64,000 nt of DNA from Octopus sinensis (taxonomy: Eukaryota). Location of the stretch: positions 30,206,464 through 30,270,463 of the forward strand of contig NC_043011.1 in assembly GCF_006345805.1 (NCBI RefSeq), written 5' to 3'. Made by a program: the position numbers and the translations under genes. The stretch's first letter is position 1. Every line of letters begins with the position of its first letter. This document shows, piece by piece, positions 25,848-38,687 of the stretch. The notes under the pieces are model-generated. The model saw only the letters and a program-made list of their open reading frames with translations. It made no database searches and was not told where the DNA came from.

Positions 25848-26544
25848 AAGGAGGTAAAAATAAAGTTAACCTTGGCAGAATTTGAACTCTGAATGCTGAT
25901 AGAACAAATGCTTCAAGGCATTGTGTCTGATACTGTTTGGTCAAGGGAGAGAAGTCACTCACAAGTTAAACAATCATGTTTCATTTGATTTAACAAAAGA
26001 ACTATCTTTCTATATCTAGTAAGTCAAAGAACCATATAATATCTCCCTTGATTTCTTGAAGTGGATGTAGTCATGTTGAATGCTGTCAATGACTTAGCTC
26101 TGGCTATTGTGTCTGGACATGGGATTTGTATCAAAAGGCAAAATATCAAAGATTTCAGGAACAGAACACAACTCTAGCCCCTGTCAAAGAACACCAACAC
26201 AAACCCCACACACATACAAAATACATGAATCAAACAGGACTACAAAGTAATTTCTTTTACTCTGTAAGGAATAGAGGAGAAACTGATCATGTGATGTCTA
26301 TGTAACTTCTCTAAAGTGGTCAAAGAAAAAGTCAGCAGAGCTGGAGTGTATGTATAAGCCTAATGTTTTGTATATTGCTTGTTGTTGATGAGATAAACTT
26401 GAAATGTGTGTGTGTGTGTGTGGTGTGTGTGTGTGTGTGTGTGTGTGCATGCATTTGCATGTATATATACCTCATGCACATGTGGGTTGTTCTATGATCA
26501 GAGCTATGATCAAAGGTGATTCAGCCATGATCATTTTATCATAG

Positions 26545-26602
26545 AATGAACAGCATGAAAGTTGTGTGTGTCAGATCTAGGAAGAAAACATTGTATCCTT
26601 AG
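26545..26602 (+). CDS. Candidate terminal exon (R)MNSMKVVCVRSRKKTLYP*
   Basis: Acceptor tcattttatcatag, phase 2, unique island. Confidence 0.15.
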
Positions 26603-26789
26603 TCAGCCACCAACAGAAGTTGAAACTGATCAGTTCAATACTCATATCAAACTTTGAAACCCTCTTCTATTTGCTCATGGATAATAAAATATATTTAGTA
26701 AACATGTTATGTATTGGTATATCCACCCATTTATCTTCCCATCTACTTATCTACCTAACAATTCATGTTCCGATCATACCTATCTATTT

Positions 26790-26856
26790 ATCACTCTATC
26801 TATCTATGACTCTATCTATCTATCTATCTATCTATATCTATCTATCTATCTATCTA

Positions 26857-26944
<88 letters not shown>

Positions 26945-26975
26945 CCTACCTATCTATCTGTCTGTCCGTCTGTCT
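26790..26975. repeat. (CTAT)n/(CTGT)n microsatellite
   Basis: Direct reading. Confidence 0.95.
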
Positions 26976-27097
26976 GCTTTTCCATCTATTTCTTCATTTC
27001 TGTCTTTTGATCTTTCTATCTATCTTTCAGCCTCTCTGTCTAAATGTGACTGCCTATTTACGTTACCTACCCTGTTAGTAAGATAAGGCATTATGTA

Positions 27098-27151
<54 letters not shown>

Positions 27152-27232
27152 GATATATTATATATATATATATATATATGTATATGTAATGTGTATGCAT
27201 GTATATATATATATATAAATATATATGTGTGT

Positions 27233-28253
27233 GTGACTAAAGGCCTCTCGCTCAGAGTAAAAGGCAGACTGTATGATGCATGTGTACGAACAGCCATGCT
27301 ACATGGCAGTGAAACATGGGCCGTGACTGCTGAGGACATGCGTAAGCTCGTGAGGAATGAAGCCAGTATGCTCCGATGGATGTGTAATGTCAGTGTACAT
27401 ACTCGACAGAGCGTTAGTACCTTGAGAGAAATGTTGTACCTAAGAAGCATCAGTTGTGGTGTGCAAGAGAGACGATTGCGCTGGTATGGTCATGTGGCGA
27501 GAATGGATGTAGATAGGTGTGTGAGAAAGTGCCAATCCCTAGTAGTTGAGGGAACCCGTGGAAGAGGTAGACCCAGGAAAACCTGGGATGAGGTGGTGAA
27601 GCACGACCTTCGAAAGTTAGGTCTCACCATGGAAATGACTAGAGACCGAGACCTATGGAAGTATGCTGTGCGTGAGAAGACCCGACAAGACTAGTGAAGC
27701 CATAACCCATGGCCCCTACCTGGGACGTAGTCAGTCCACCTGTGCATACCTTCCTCCTTGTGACACTTGTGAAGACCTGTTGAGGCAAGTGAAAATCAAA
27801 ATCAAAATCAAAATCAAATCAAATCAAACCAAATAAAAATAGATGAACATCAATGGAATTTGTATCCTTGTGGGTGGCACATAAGAAAACCATCCGAACG
27901 TGACCGTAGCCAGTACCGCATCGACTGGCCTCCGTGCTGTGGGCATGTAACAAGCAACATCCGAGAGTGGCCGTTCGCCAGCCTCGTCTGGCACCTGTGT
28001 CGGTGGCACATAAAAACACCATCCGAGCGTGGCCGTCTGCCAGCCTCGTCTGGCACCTGTGTCGATGGCACATAAAATCACCCACTACACTCTCGGAGTG
28101 GTTGGCGTTAGGAAGGGCATCCAGCTGTAGAAACACTGCCAGATCTGACTGGCCTGGTGCAGCCTTCGAGCTTGCCAGACCCCAGTTGAACCGTCCAACC
28201 CATGCTAGCATGGAAAGCGGACATTAAACGATGATGATGATGATGATGATGAT
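27233..28253 (+). mobile_element. 5'-truncated RTE-clade LINE with uninterrupted ORF C-terminus, 3' UTR and (GAT)n tail
   Basis: LYDACVRTAMLHGSETW...RRLRWYGHVARM...VEGTRGRGRPRKTW...DRDLW, stop at 27694. Confidence 0.95.
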
Positions 28254-28295
28254 ATATATATATATGTGTGTGTGTGTATATATATATACTTTATT

Positions 28296-28445
28296 AAAAA
28301 GCAGCAAAAATATCCCAAAAACTTTTACTGTGTTACACATTCCTGTTCATCAGGCACTTTTGTTTAGATTCTAAGCAAAACAGTCTGACAAACGGGAACA
28401 TGCAACTCTGAGCAACAATTTTTGTGATATTTTTGCTGCCTTTCA
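28296..28445. mobile_element. Inverted pair of PLE pLTR fragments with decayed hammerheads
   Basis: Self-complementary; homologous to 45770-45845. Confidence 0.6.
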
Positions 28446-28536
28446 ATAAAGCATATTACACTACCTCTGGTATTCGAGCACTATTTTTTCCACCTTGTTT
28501 CGCATTTATGTGCTTACTCTGATATATATATATATT

Positions 28537-28580
<44 letters not shown>

Positions 28581-28591
28581 ATATATATATA

Positions 28592-28989
28592 CTAGCAGTA
28601 TCGCCCGGCGTTGCTCGGGTTTGTAAGGGAAATAACTATATAAGCACTTTTAGAGATGTAAAGTATTATAGCCATCTCAATATGGCTAACCACAAAGGGG
28701 GGGGGGTTACTGTAGCTTTTTACGTTCTGAGATTTAATAATACATTTTTAGAGAGTTACTTCCCTTATATAATAGCAAAAAAAACTAATTAAAAATGGGA
28801 AAAAATGACAGTAATTTTTTTTTTAAATCGTAGACTCATCGTAGACACGCGCTAATACCCAGAAGGGCTCGATATGAATCACGACTATAAGATACCTGCT
28901 TTTGGTTACATTGCACCGCAAAATGTGGGAGTAGTTAGGAATCTAAATCGTAGGAGACAGACACACAACTTCACTTTTATATATAAAGA
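28592..28989 (-). mobile_element. Non-autonomous Helitron
   Basis: 5' TC, 3' hairpin cccgagcaacgccggg then CTAG, inserted at A|T in (TA)n. Confidence 0.85.
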
Positions 28990-29417
28990 TATATATATAT
29001 ATTTTAAATGATTAATACAGAAGATGGTGTACTTGAAGCTGTATTTAGGACAATGATCATATTTCAGCTTACTTCTGTTTTCTGTATTAGTCATTTAGAA
29101 TACACTCAACATGCACTGAGGAACTCTTTACGTACATCCAGCAACAAAAGAAATGAATGTGCTCTGCAGGCACACTAGAAGAGACATTTCCATAACAAGG
29201 TTTTGGATATTACATGTTATAGTATCCTACCTAACATCTTATAGTCTCCTGCCTAAACTTTAATTTTAAATACAATTTGTCCATATGTTGACATGTACCA
29301 CTTTATGACAATGTAAACTTCATTTAATCAAGATACCCTTGGCCTGAAGAATACCCTTTGGTATACATCTCACTTGGATATTTACCACTTCCAAGGTTCT
29401 TTATATATATATATATA

Positions 29418-29803
29418 CTAGCAGCTAAGCCCGGTTTCACCCGGTCTGTTTGGATGATGTGGTCATGATCGTTTTGTGTTAGGCATAATCTATAACAGCG
29501 TTTCTCAATCTTATCATTTTGGGTCCCCTGTTTCGATTGGAGCCTCCAGCTGTATGAAAATTTCCTGACTCCCCCGCCCCCCACCAACCGGTCACAAAAC
29601 AGCTTCAGGAGTTGTGAAGAACGAATTTTTACATAGTCTGTTTCTGAGAGCTATTCTATTGGACCTCTGTCTAATCATTAAAACATTGATTTAATTATGA
29701 ACATAGAAAGAAAGTATACATTAATCCCTATTTTTGTAAGCAATTGTATCGGTAAAAATTTTATTTCCAGAGAGCAGAAATTGAAAGAAGATATATGAAA
29801 TGG

Positions 29804-29863
<60 letters not shown>

Positions 29864-30170
29864 GCATGCATGCTCATCATATAAAATTTTTACAATAGTT
29901 GATTTATGGAAAAGATTATGTTAAATGGTATATGCCGGCTGTGTGAGCAACTGGTTGTTTCAATGGAGGAACAAACAGGGGAATTCCATTAGAAAAAGTT
30001 TTAATTGATTTTCTCGGTAACTATGGGGGCTGGAAAAAAATACAAACTGCATTCCAATCTATGCACCCGTCTCCACATGTGTGCCATTTTTCACACAAAT
30101 CGACGCAGCCGTTTGGCTGTGAACCTCAAGACAAGAAAGAATACAACGATCGCCCATGTCCAATCAATAT
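29418..30170 (-). mobile_element. Non-autonomous Helitron, second family
   Basis: 3' ccgggtgaaaccgg hairpin then CTAG|T; 5' end unclear. Confidence 0.65.
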
Positions 30171-30184
30171 TATATATATAATAT

Positions 30185-30221
<37 letters not shown>

Positions 30222-30951
30222 CTAAATGCATTTATCACAGCAATAGCACCATACCCACAATTAAACATATTGGCTATGAACTCCGTATACATATTTATTC
30301 ATAACAATGCTGTACAAGTAGTCTTGTAATTAAGTAAAGTATATACTTCATGATTCCACTATTTCCAATAGCAATCAATATGGGGCGAGTTAATGACAAT
30401 TTTGTTCTGTCTGGTCATTCAGCTAATGAAAACTGAATTATCAGTCCTTGCAGGAATTCTATAGCAGTTTTGCTAACTCCCTCAAAATCAAAGATATAAA
30501 AAACAAAATGAAATTCTATGATGTTTTATGTGAGAGATTACATCTTTTAATCAGTGATTTGAGAATAATTACAAAGGTTCTATGCTGATTGGGCAAACAA
30601 GCTATATCAGTAGTCCTTTGAAATGGCCACAGTATGATTGGTTCATTGGAAATGGAAACCTTATAACCAGCCAGGCAAAAAATGCATGACATAAAAATTT
30701 AAAAACAATAAATAAAATAAAATAGAATAAATAAATAAATGAATAAATAAATAAATAATGGCCTAATCACTTCTTCTGTAGAAAATTATTCTGTTGGGTG
30801 TAGAATGTGATGCTGTGGATAAAAAACTTGCTTCTCAACCACATGGTTTAAGGTCCAGTCCCACAGTGTAACAGCTTGGCCAAGTGCCTTCTAATCTAGA
30901 CCCAGGAAGACCAAAGCCTTGTGAAACCTTATAACTAGATACTTGAGGGAA

Positions 30952-32018
30952 TTAACCCTTTTGTTACCAACCCGGCTGAAACCGGTTTTGGCTCTGAGTA
31001 CAAATGCTACTCCAGACTGATGATGAGCAATGACTCTGAGACTAGTCTCTGGATGCTGGCTTTGCTGGGTGGAGGTACTTATCTCCACTTTGAAAACATA
31101 AGGACACAGGAAATGTGTCAAGTCCAACAGAAAACGGTGTTTCCGGGGGGCTAAATAACAGTAGCATTCTTCTTTTTTATAGGACTAACACATTAAGTTG
31201 ACAACATACTATTACTTTATTGTGCTGCTACTGCATAAATTTCTCTGAGAGATTTAGAAATATATTATTTCTACAAATGTCTTGTTTTCATAAGTTTTTA
31301 ATTAAAATCTTACACCAAACCCTTAGCCACAATTTATGTTCCTAACACTAGCTGAATGATAACTAAGTTATTTTACTAAATTCTTTGTTATATTTAAAGT
31401 ATTGGGTTGTCCGGAAAGTCTGTGCTGATTTATAGTAGCTTATCTTTCAACTTATTTTAGAACATGGTTGAGTCCATAAAATAGGATTTTACTACACCCC
31501 CATTTAGAGCAGAGTTTAAGCTATCTTTTTGTGGAAGAAGGTATACGTTCCTATAACCTATGTTAATTCTGTAACCCTTTAAAATGGAATATAAGAAAGT
31601 TCATTTTCGGCACTTGATGCTTTGGGAACCAGACAAAAATTGCTGCAGCTCAGCTGGGATGTGTTACCCCACCCTCCAAATTCACCAGATATTGCTCCTT
31701 CAGATTCCACTTATTCAGGTCTCTGCAGAATAGTCTTAATGGTAAAAATTTCAATTCCTTGGATGACATAAAAAGATACCTTGATGAATTCTTTGCCATG
31801 AAACCACCTCAATTCTGGGATGAGGGTATTTTCAAGTTAAAGGAAAGATGGAGACACATTGTGCAACAAAATGGTTTATATTTGGTTGATTAAAAATGTA
31901 ATGGCAAGTATTTATTGACCTTTTTCTTTCCTTTAAAAATTGGCACGAACTTTCCAGACATCCCAATAATTGAAAGAAACACAGCATCTCAAAATAAATA
32001 CAGTAGCGAAAGGGTTAA
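30952..32018. mobile_element. piggyBac-like MITE carrying two nested insertions
   Basis: TTAA-CCCTTT...AAAGGG-TTAA ends; uninterrupted inverted copy at 33052-33281. Confidence 0.8.
31402..31966 (+). mobile_element. Internally deleted mariner
   Basis: TIRs ttgggttgtccggaaagt / actttccagacatcccaa with TA flanks; remnants MEYKKVHFRH and WDVLPHPPNSPDIAPSD.HLFRSLQNSL...RW..IV.QNG.Y. Confidence 0.92.
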
Positions 32019-32077
32019 AGCCTCATGAGAGATTTGGTCAATATAAACTGAAAGAACCACATTGTATATGTGCATGC

Positions 32078-32137
<60 letters not shown>

Positions 32138-33051
32138 ATGTGCGTGTGTGTTTTGACATGATATGATTATTGTAAATGAATGCCATTTATTTCCAATATT
32201 CTGCAAAAACAAGTCTTGGTCATGGGGAAATATTACCTTATTTGGAAGAAGGTGAGGATTGGTGACAGGAAGGGCATCCAGTTATAGAGAGCTTGCCTCA
32301 TCAAATTCTATCTGAACAATGCAAGCAAGGAAAAATGGATGTTAAAACAATGATGATAAGAGGTGGGTGAGCAAAAGCAAGCAGTCGTGGAAGCTCTGAG
32401 AAAATCTATAATAGGTACTGCCTTTCTTCAGTCAACTGAACCATAAAAGAAAAAAAAAATTGAAAATAATACTGCGTAACACAATTTTTGTCCATGGGTA
32501 GCAACTGTTATTTCCTATTTGCTTACCTCTAGAAAGTATGAAAAATGGTTAATATTTCCTTCAAACTTTGCTTTTGTTACATTTATTCAAACCCCAAAGA
32601 ATCTCTAAACACATGGCTATAATGCTACCCAACTACTTATACTCACGATCAGAGATGCACATATTGTCAACCAGTTAGGGACATGCTCAAGTAGTTAAGC
32701 TCAAGCAACTGACAAGCAAATCTATAGAATGAAGCAGAATATTTTACTCTAATGATATTTCTGCTTCAGCAACTCAATGCTGAATCTGTTTGAAATGTAA
32801 TGGAAAATAGGTCAGTTTCAAAACATTGATGCCCAGGTCAGAAAAGCAAAGGTTGAAGGGAATAGTAGTCATTTCCTTTGATTTCTAAATAGAAGCAAAT
32901 AGGAAATAACATTTACTGACCAAAGACAAAAAAAAAATAATAAAAAATTTGTTACACAATGTAATCTATCGTTGATATGAACTGCTGGAACATAACTTTG
33001 TATGTCAAATATCTCTCTTGTTTTATTTTTTATTTTTCTTGAAATCTAGGT

Positions 33052-33281
33052 CTTAACCCTTTTGTTACCATATTTATTTTGAGATGCTTGGTGTTTCTCA
33101 CAATTAATTTTAAATATAACAAAGAATTGAGTAAAATAACTTAGTTATCATTAAGCTAGTGTTAGGAACATAAATTGTGACTAAGGTTTGATGGAAGATT
33201 TTAATGCAGAATTTTTGAAAATAAGACATTTGTACTACAGAGCGAGAGGCGGTTTCAGGTGGGTTAGTATCAAAAGGGTTA
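33052..33281. mobile_element. piggyBac-like MITE
   Basis: ttaaccctttt...aaaagggtta. Confidence 0.8.
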
Positions 33282-33348
33282 GGAGGCTATTGCCCAGTTT
33301 CCATATAGTAGAAAGGTTTATTAAGGCTGCAAGCTGGCAGAATCATTA

Positions 33349-33820
33349 GCAGGAGTGGTTGTGTGGTAAGTAGCTTGCTTGCCAATCACATGGTTCTGGG
33401 TTCAGTCTCACTGCATGGCACCTTGGACAAGTGTATTCTACTTTAGCCTCAGGCCGACCAAAGCCTTGTGAGTAGATTTGGTAGATGGAAACTGAAAGAG
33501 GCCCATTATATGTGCGTGCGCGCGCGTGTGTGTGTGTAAGTGTGTGTGTGTGTGTGTTTGTGTGTCTGTGTGTGTGTATGTTTGTATGTGTGTGTGCATG
33601 TATGTTTGTGTGTCTGTGTTTGTTCCCCCACCATCACTTGACAACTGTTGCTGGCGTGTCCACATACCCATAACTTAGCGGTTTGGTGAAAGAGACCAAT
33701 AGAATAAGTATTAGGCTTACAAAGAATAAGTCCTGGGGGTTGATTTGTTCGACTAAAGGCAGTGCTCCAGCATGGCCACAGTCAAATGACTGAAACAAAC
33801 AAACAAACAAATAAAAGAAT
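33349..33820 (+). mobile_element. SINE family A
   Basis: Family match; inserted in a SINE B head. Confidence 0.9.
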
Positions 33821-34295
33821 GTCTGACAAAAAGCTTAGTTGTATTTCTTTCATAGTTATATGGCATATGACTGTGATCACAATAGTCTCTCTGAATAGAT
33901 TGCCTGCCAGTCTGTTGTAGAGTTCAAGGCCAGTGGTTTTGAGGTGAGAGAACATGTCTGTTACATCAATCTCAGTACATGACTGTTACTTTATTTTATC
34001 AATCCCAAAGTGTTGGAAGGTGGGATTTGAGCCCAACATGAAGATCTGGAAGAAGAAATTCTGCTAAGCAAGGAAATAACGATTCTTCCAGCTTAATCAC
34101 CTTTACCTCTATTATCAGGTGCAAATTTACATCTATATCGTTGCTGTAAATTTTTCAGTAAATAAATAATTTTGCTAGTATATTCTTCTATAAAAGACAG
34201 AAGTCTGATTCTTTAAACATCGGCATTGACAGAACACATATTCATTACCCTGCATTATTACCTTCAGTCCAATAAATCCTCATTATCATTTCACT

Positions 34296-34329
<34 letters not shown>

Positions 34330-34470
34330 ACATGATTATCACCATTGATATTAACACTAGCAACATCATCAAGGACTTTTCTGTGTTTGTCTATTATTAA
34401 TCATGTGTATTCAGTTCATACATTTCCTACTCAAAGGTCAAAGGCTATATCTCCCTTCAGAAACAGCTGG

Positions 34471-34503
<33 letters not shown>

Positions 34504-34886
34504 ATATATGTATACACACACACACGTTTTTATATCACACGTATAATGTATGCGATGAGGCTCCTCGAAAATAATGAGTATTTCAATATACAATGATTAT
34601 GATGATGATAACGATGATGATGATGATGACGACGGTGGTGGTGACAACGACGACGACGACAATGATGATGGTGATAAATATAATAGTATGATGAAGACTA
34701 TGTTGGTGATGAATATAATTAACATTGATTATGCTACCACTGATGATGGCGATTGTATTACAAAAGTAAAATGACAAAGAAAACAACCAGGAAGCCTTTG
34801 TCCATATGAACCTGAGTGGAGAAAAATCAGTGATAGTTCTACAGCTGCTCTGTATAAAAGACTAAGAAACAAAACCCAGACAACTC

Positions 34887-34942
34887 CTAGACTTCTGTCT
34901 TCAAAAAAGAGGACATTCTTTCATCTGATATCTTAGTCATAT
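34887..34942 (-). CDS. Candidate minus-strand terminal exon (D)MTKISDERMSSFLKTEV*
   Basis: Acceptor ttcttctttcaattttgtag, phase 1, class I PDZ-type end TEV. Confidence 0.2.
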
Positions 34943-35553
34943 CTACAAAATTGAAAGAAGAACTTTTTGCAAAGCTTAATTAGGTATATTGTTAAAAAGT
35001 CTGCTGACATTAATATTGAGAAGTGGATTTGTAACATATATGTAAATCTTGTCTCGCCATATGTTGTAGTTTCTGTTAAGAAAAGACAATTGATCAACCG
35101 TTTATACCTTCTTTTGTTTTTATCGGAGACACTCACGCAAACTGACATGAACAAACACAAAATATATTCACTCAAATGTATAACCATAATGTATCTTGTG
35201 TGGCAGACAGTGCTTTTACACAGACTAAAACGATAACAGTTAATTATTAGATATAAAAAGGAAATGGTTTACAGTTCATTATATAAATATTAATTAAAAT
35301 ACGTGAAATGTAAAGTGTAATTCAGTAAATTGTTAATATCTTGATGTCAGACAAACACAATTTTCCTGTTTCATTCAAGTTTCATATAGATATAAATGTA
35401 CGTATGTGTAAATGAATGAATGTATGTATATATGTACGTGTCTATACATACATACATATATATATAGATAGATAGATATATACACACACACACACACACA
35501 GTAGTACCTTGGTTTTCAAACAACTCTGATCTTGAATAAATCATGCTTTATAT

Positions 35554-35603
<50 letters not shown>

Positions 35604-35930
35604 CATATATACACAACCTTGACTCTACAACACTGTATATAATTCCCTACTGGGAATGACCAAGTTTAAAAATCTGATGGATCTCACTCATAAGGGAATC
35701 TTACATTGCTTATAAACTCTATATTTGGAAGGACTCATATTAAACTCGGTTGGACTTTTGGATTTTACTCAAAGGATATTGGAATACTGCATATATACCA
35801 TTATGCCTATAAAATGGATTTTCAAATTCAATACCCATATATATCTTACATCTATTTTCTTTCCTCCACCTCACTCTCTATTTTGTATCACATCGAGACT
35901 AACTATGACTTAATTTTTCCTCTCATACCA

Positions 35931-35980
35931 TCTCCGATGAAGGGATATTAATAATTAATATGCTAGAAACAGCTGTAAGA
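35931..35980 (+). ncRNA. Type I hammerhead-like motif in a TA-embedded pLTR (about 35615-36220)
   Basis: UCU-CCGAUGA-[AU-rich stem II]-GAAAC agcu GUA^-AGA. Confidence 0.6.
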
Positions 35981-36217
35981 CCTTCTATCTATAAATGCTC
36001 TAATATCTATACAGCCTTGGTTTTTATTATCTTATTACGCAAAAAATTCTTATATACACACGCTGACATAGAACCAACGTTGAACCCCTTATTCGCAATA
36101 TTACCGAATCTGGAACTTATCTATGGTCTGTCTATAGCACTTATTCAGCATTACCTGACACCTTTGGGTCTCAATGACACCATTATCTCTTATAACCTCA
36201 ACTTCTTGCTAATATAA

Positions 36218-36292
<75 letters not shown>

Positions 36293-36415
36293 GAGATACA
36301 TAAAGCATGGTTTATTCGTGATCAGTGGCGTTCATAAACCGAGGTTCTGCTGTACTTCTTTTTTGGATTTGGCTTGCAAGATTCTTTATGTGAGTTCATG
36401 TATTGATGCATATTT

Positions 36416-36542
36416 TGTTGTATATAGGGAGAGTCATTCTCTTTTAGTGCCTTATTATTTGACACACTCACTGGTAAAGTTTACCAGAGAGTGTGTTAAA
36501 TAATAAGGCACTAAAAGAGAATGATTCTCCCCAGATACAACA
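36416..36542. repeat. Near-perfect palindrome (63-bp arms, 1-nt centre at 36479) made from a repeat also found at 3020-3145
   Basis: ...gacacactcactggtaaa g tttaccagagagtgtgtt... Confidence 0.9.
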
Positions 36543-36949
36543 ATGTGTGTGTGTGTGTTATAAATAAAATGAGATAACCAAGCCATGGCTTTATAAATGT
36601 TCTGAAAATTCTGCACAGCCTTGGCTTTGTTGTCTCATTTTATTTAACATATACATCCTCACACAAGAGCTGCATTAGATTCCTCACTTGTATTTTTATT
36701 GAACTGAGAGTTTAACTATGGTCCTTCTGTAACACCTTGGGTCTTCTGGATACCAACACCTCTCATATATATATGGGGAAGGGGCTGATATATAAACTTT
36801 TGTATATGTGTGTGTGTGTATGTTTGTTTTTATTGTTATTATGTCAAGTTACATATAAAAACAGTTTAACATTAAACTGAAGGATAACTCAATAATTGTT
36901 AATTTTTCTTTTCATTTTTTGGGGCAGGTGTGGGTTTCAGTTTATAAGA

Positions 36950-37335
36950 CTGCTGCAATCACGGAGGGGTTCCACCTTGAAGAATTTTTAGTGAAATGGA
37001 TCAATCTCACTTTTTATTTATTTTGTTCTTTTAGTCTTTTTCTCAAAGCCACTAAGCTGTAGGGATGTAAACACATCAGCATCAGACATAAAGAAACTCA
37101 CACACACACAAACACACACACACACACACACACATACACACACACACACACACATACACACACATATACAAACAATGAGCTTCTTTCAGTTTCTGTCCAC
37201 CAAATTCGCTCACAAAGCTTTGGTCAGCTGGGGGCTATAGTAGAAGACATTTGCTGAAGGTGCCATGCAGTGGGACTGAACCTGGGATCATGTAGTTGGG
37301 AAGCAACCTTCTTACCACACAGTCATGCCTGCACC
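36950..37335 (-). mobile_element. SINE family A, older copy
   Basis: Family match. Confidence 0.8.
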
Positions 37336-37410
37336 TAGAGTACATATTTATTGAATTTTTACAAAGAAAAAGCTGTCTGTCAAACTTTCCCTTGTAAAAG
37401 TCTTATACAA

Positions 37411-37818
37411 GGTGCAGGAGTGGCTGTGTGGTAAGTAGCTTGCTAATCAACCATATGGTTCTCTGGTTCAGTCCCACTGCGTGGCATCTTGGGCAAGTGT
37501 CTTCTGCTATAGCCCCGGGCCGACCAATGCCTTGTGAGTGGATTTGGTAGACGGAAACTGAAAGAAGCCTGTCGTATATATGTATATATGTATAAGTGTG
37601 TGTGTATATGTTTGTGTGTCTGTGTTTGTCCTCCCAGCATTGCTTGACAACCGATGCTGGTGTTTACGTCCCCGTCACTTAGTGGTTCGGCAAAAGAGAC
37701 CGATAGAATAAGTACTTGGCTTACAAAGAATAAGTCCTGGGGTCAATTTGCTCGACTAAAGGCGGTGCTCCAGCATGGCCGCAGTCAAATGACTGAAACC
37801 AATAAAAGAGTAAAAGAG
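37411..37818 (+). mobile_element. SINE family A, full length
   Basis: A box tggctgtgtgg, B box ggttcagtcc. Confidence 0.93.
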
Positions 37819-38275
37819 AGAAAGAGTATACATGCATACATACATAACACACACACACACACACACACACATACATACATACATATATGCATACAAGCAA
37901 AAATACCCTGTTGTTGATGTTGAAATTCCAATGAAGGAGTTTGGGATCTAAGTTAGAAACCAGCTCTTTCTCTATTGGCAAGAAATCTTGAAATAAAACT
38001 GAACAATGACATACATACATAAATACAAAAATATATATATACATATATATATATAGCAAGAGGAGGGATATAATATCCAGGCAGATACCAAATTTCTCAA
38101 TGTAAAATGCCAAGGCTGGTTCCTTCAGACGGTGTGTTTCATGGTAAACTTCCTTCAACTCTCATCCAAAGTTACACTTTATTTATTGGCTACTTAAAGT
38201 GTAAAGTACAGTATTGATGATAAAGAGGATGAAGAATTTTAACATTCAAAGTTTGTTTATTTCCATTTAGCTTAC

Positions 38276-38687
38276 TCTCTTTACTCTTATTCTCTTTTAC
38301 TTGTTTCGGTCATTTGACTGTGGCCATGCTGGAGCACCACCTTTAGTCAAGGAAATCGACCCCAAGACTTATTCCCTGCAAGCCCAGCACTTGTTCCATC
38401 GGTCTCTTTTGCCAAACCTCCAAGTTACGGGGACGTAAACACACCAGCATCGGTTGTTAGGTGATGCTGGAGAGGACAAGCACAGATGCATAAACACACA
38501 CACATATATACATATACATATATACGACAGGCTTCTTTTAGTTTCTGTCCACCAAATCCACCCACAAGGCCCTGGTCAACCCGAGGCCACAACAGAAGAC
38601 ACTTACCCAAGATGCCATGCAGTGGGACTGAACCTGGAACCATGTGGTTGGTAAGCAAGCTACTTACCACACAGCCACTCCTGCACC
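38276..38687 (-). mobile_element. SINE family A, full length
   Basis: Family match. Confidence 0.92.

Noticed and set aside
27860-28080. Repeat-spacer-like units of about 60 bp (also 24538-24690)
   Set aside because: Tandem units of an RTE 3' UTR in eukaryotic DNA; no unique spacers or cas genes, so not CRISPR
34574-34936. Possible TGA-C readthrough joining an Asp-rich ORF to a 53-codon frame
   Set aside because: Upstream part is microsatellite; no splice or homology support
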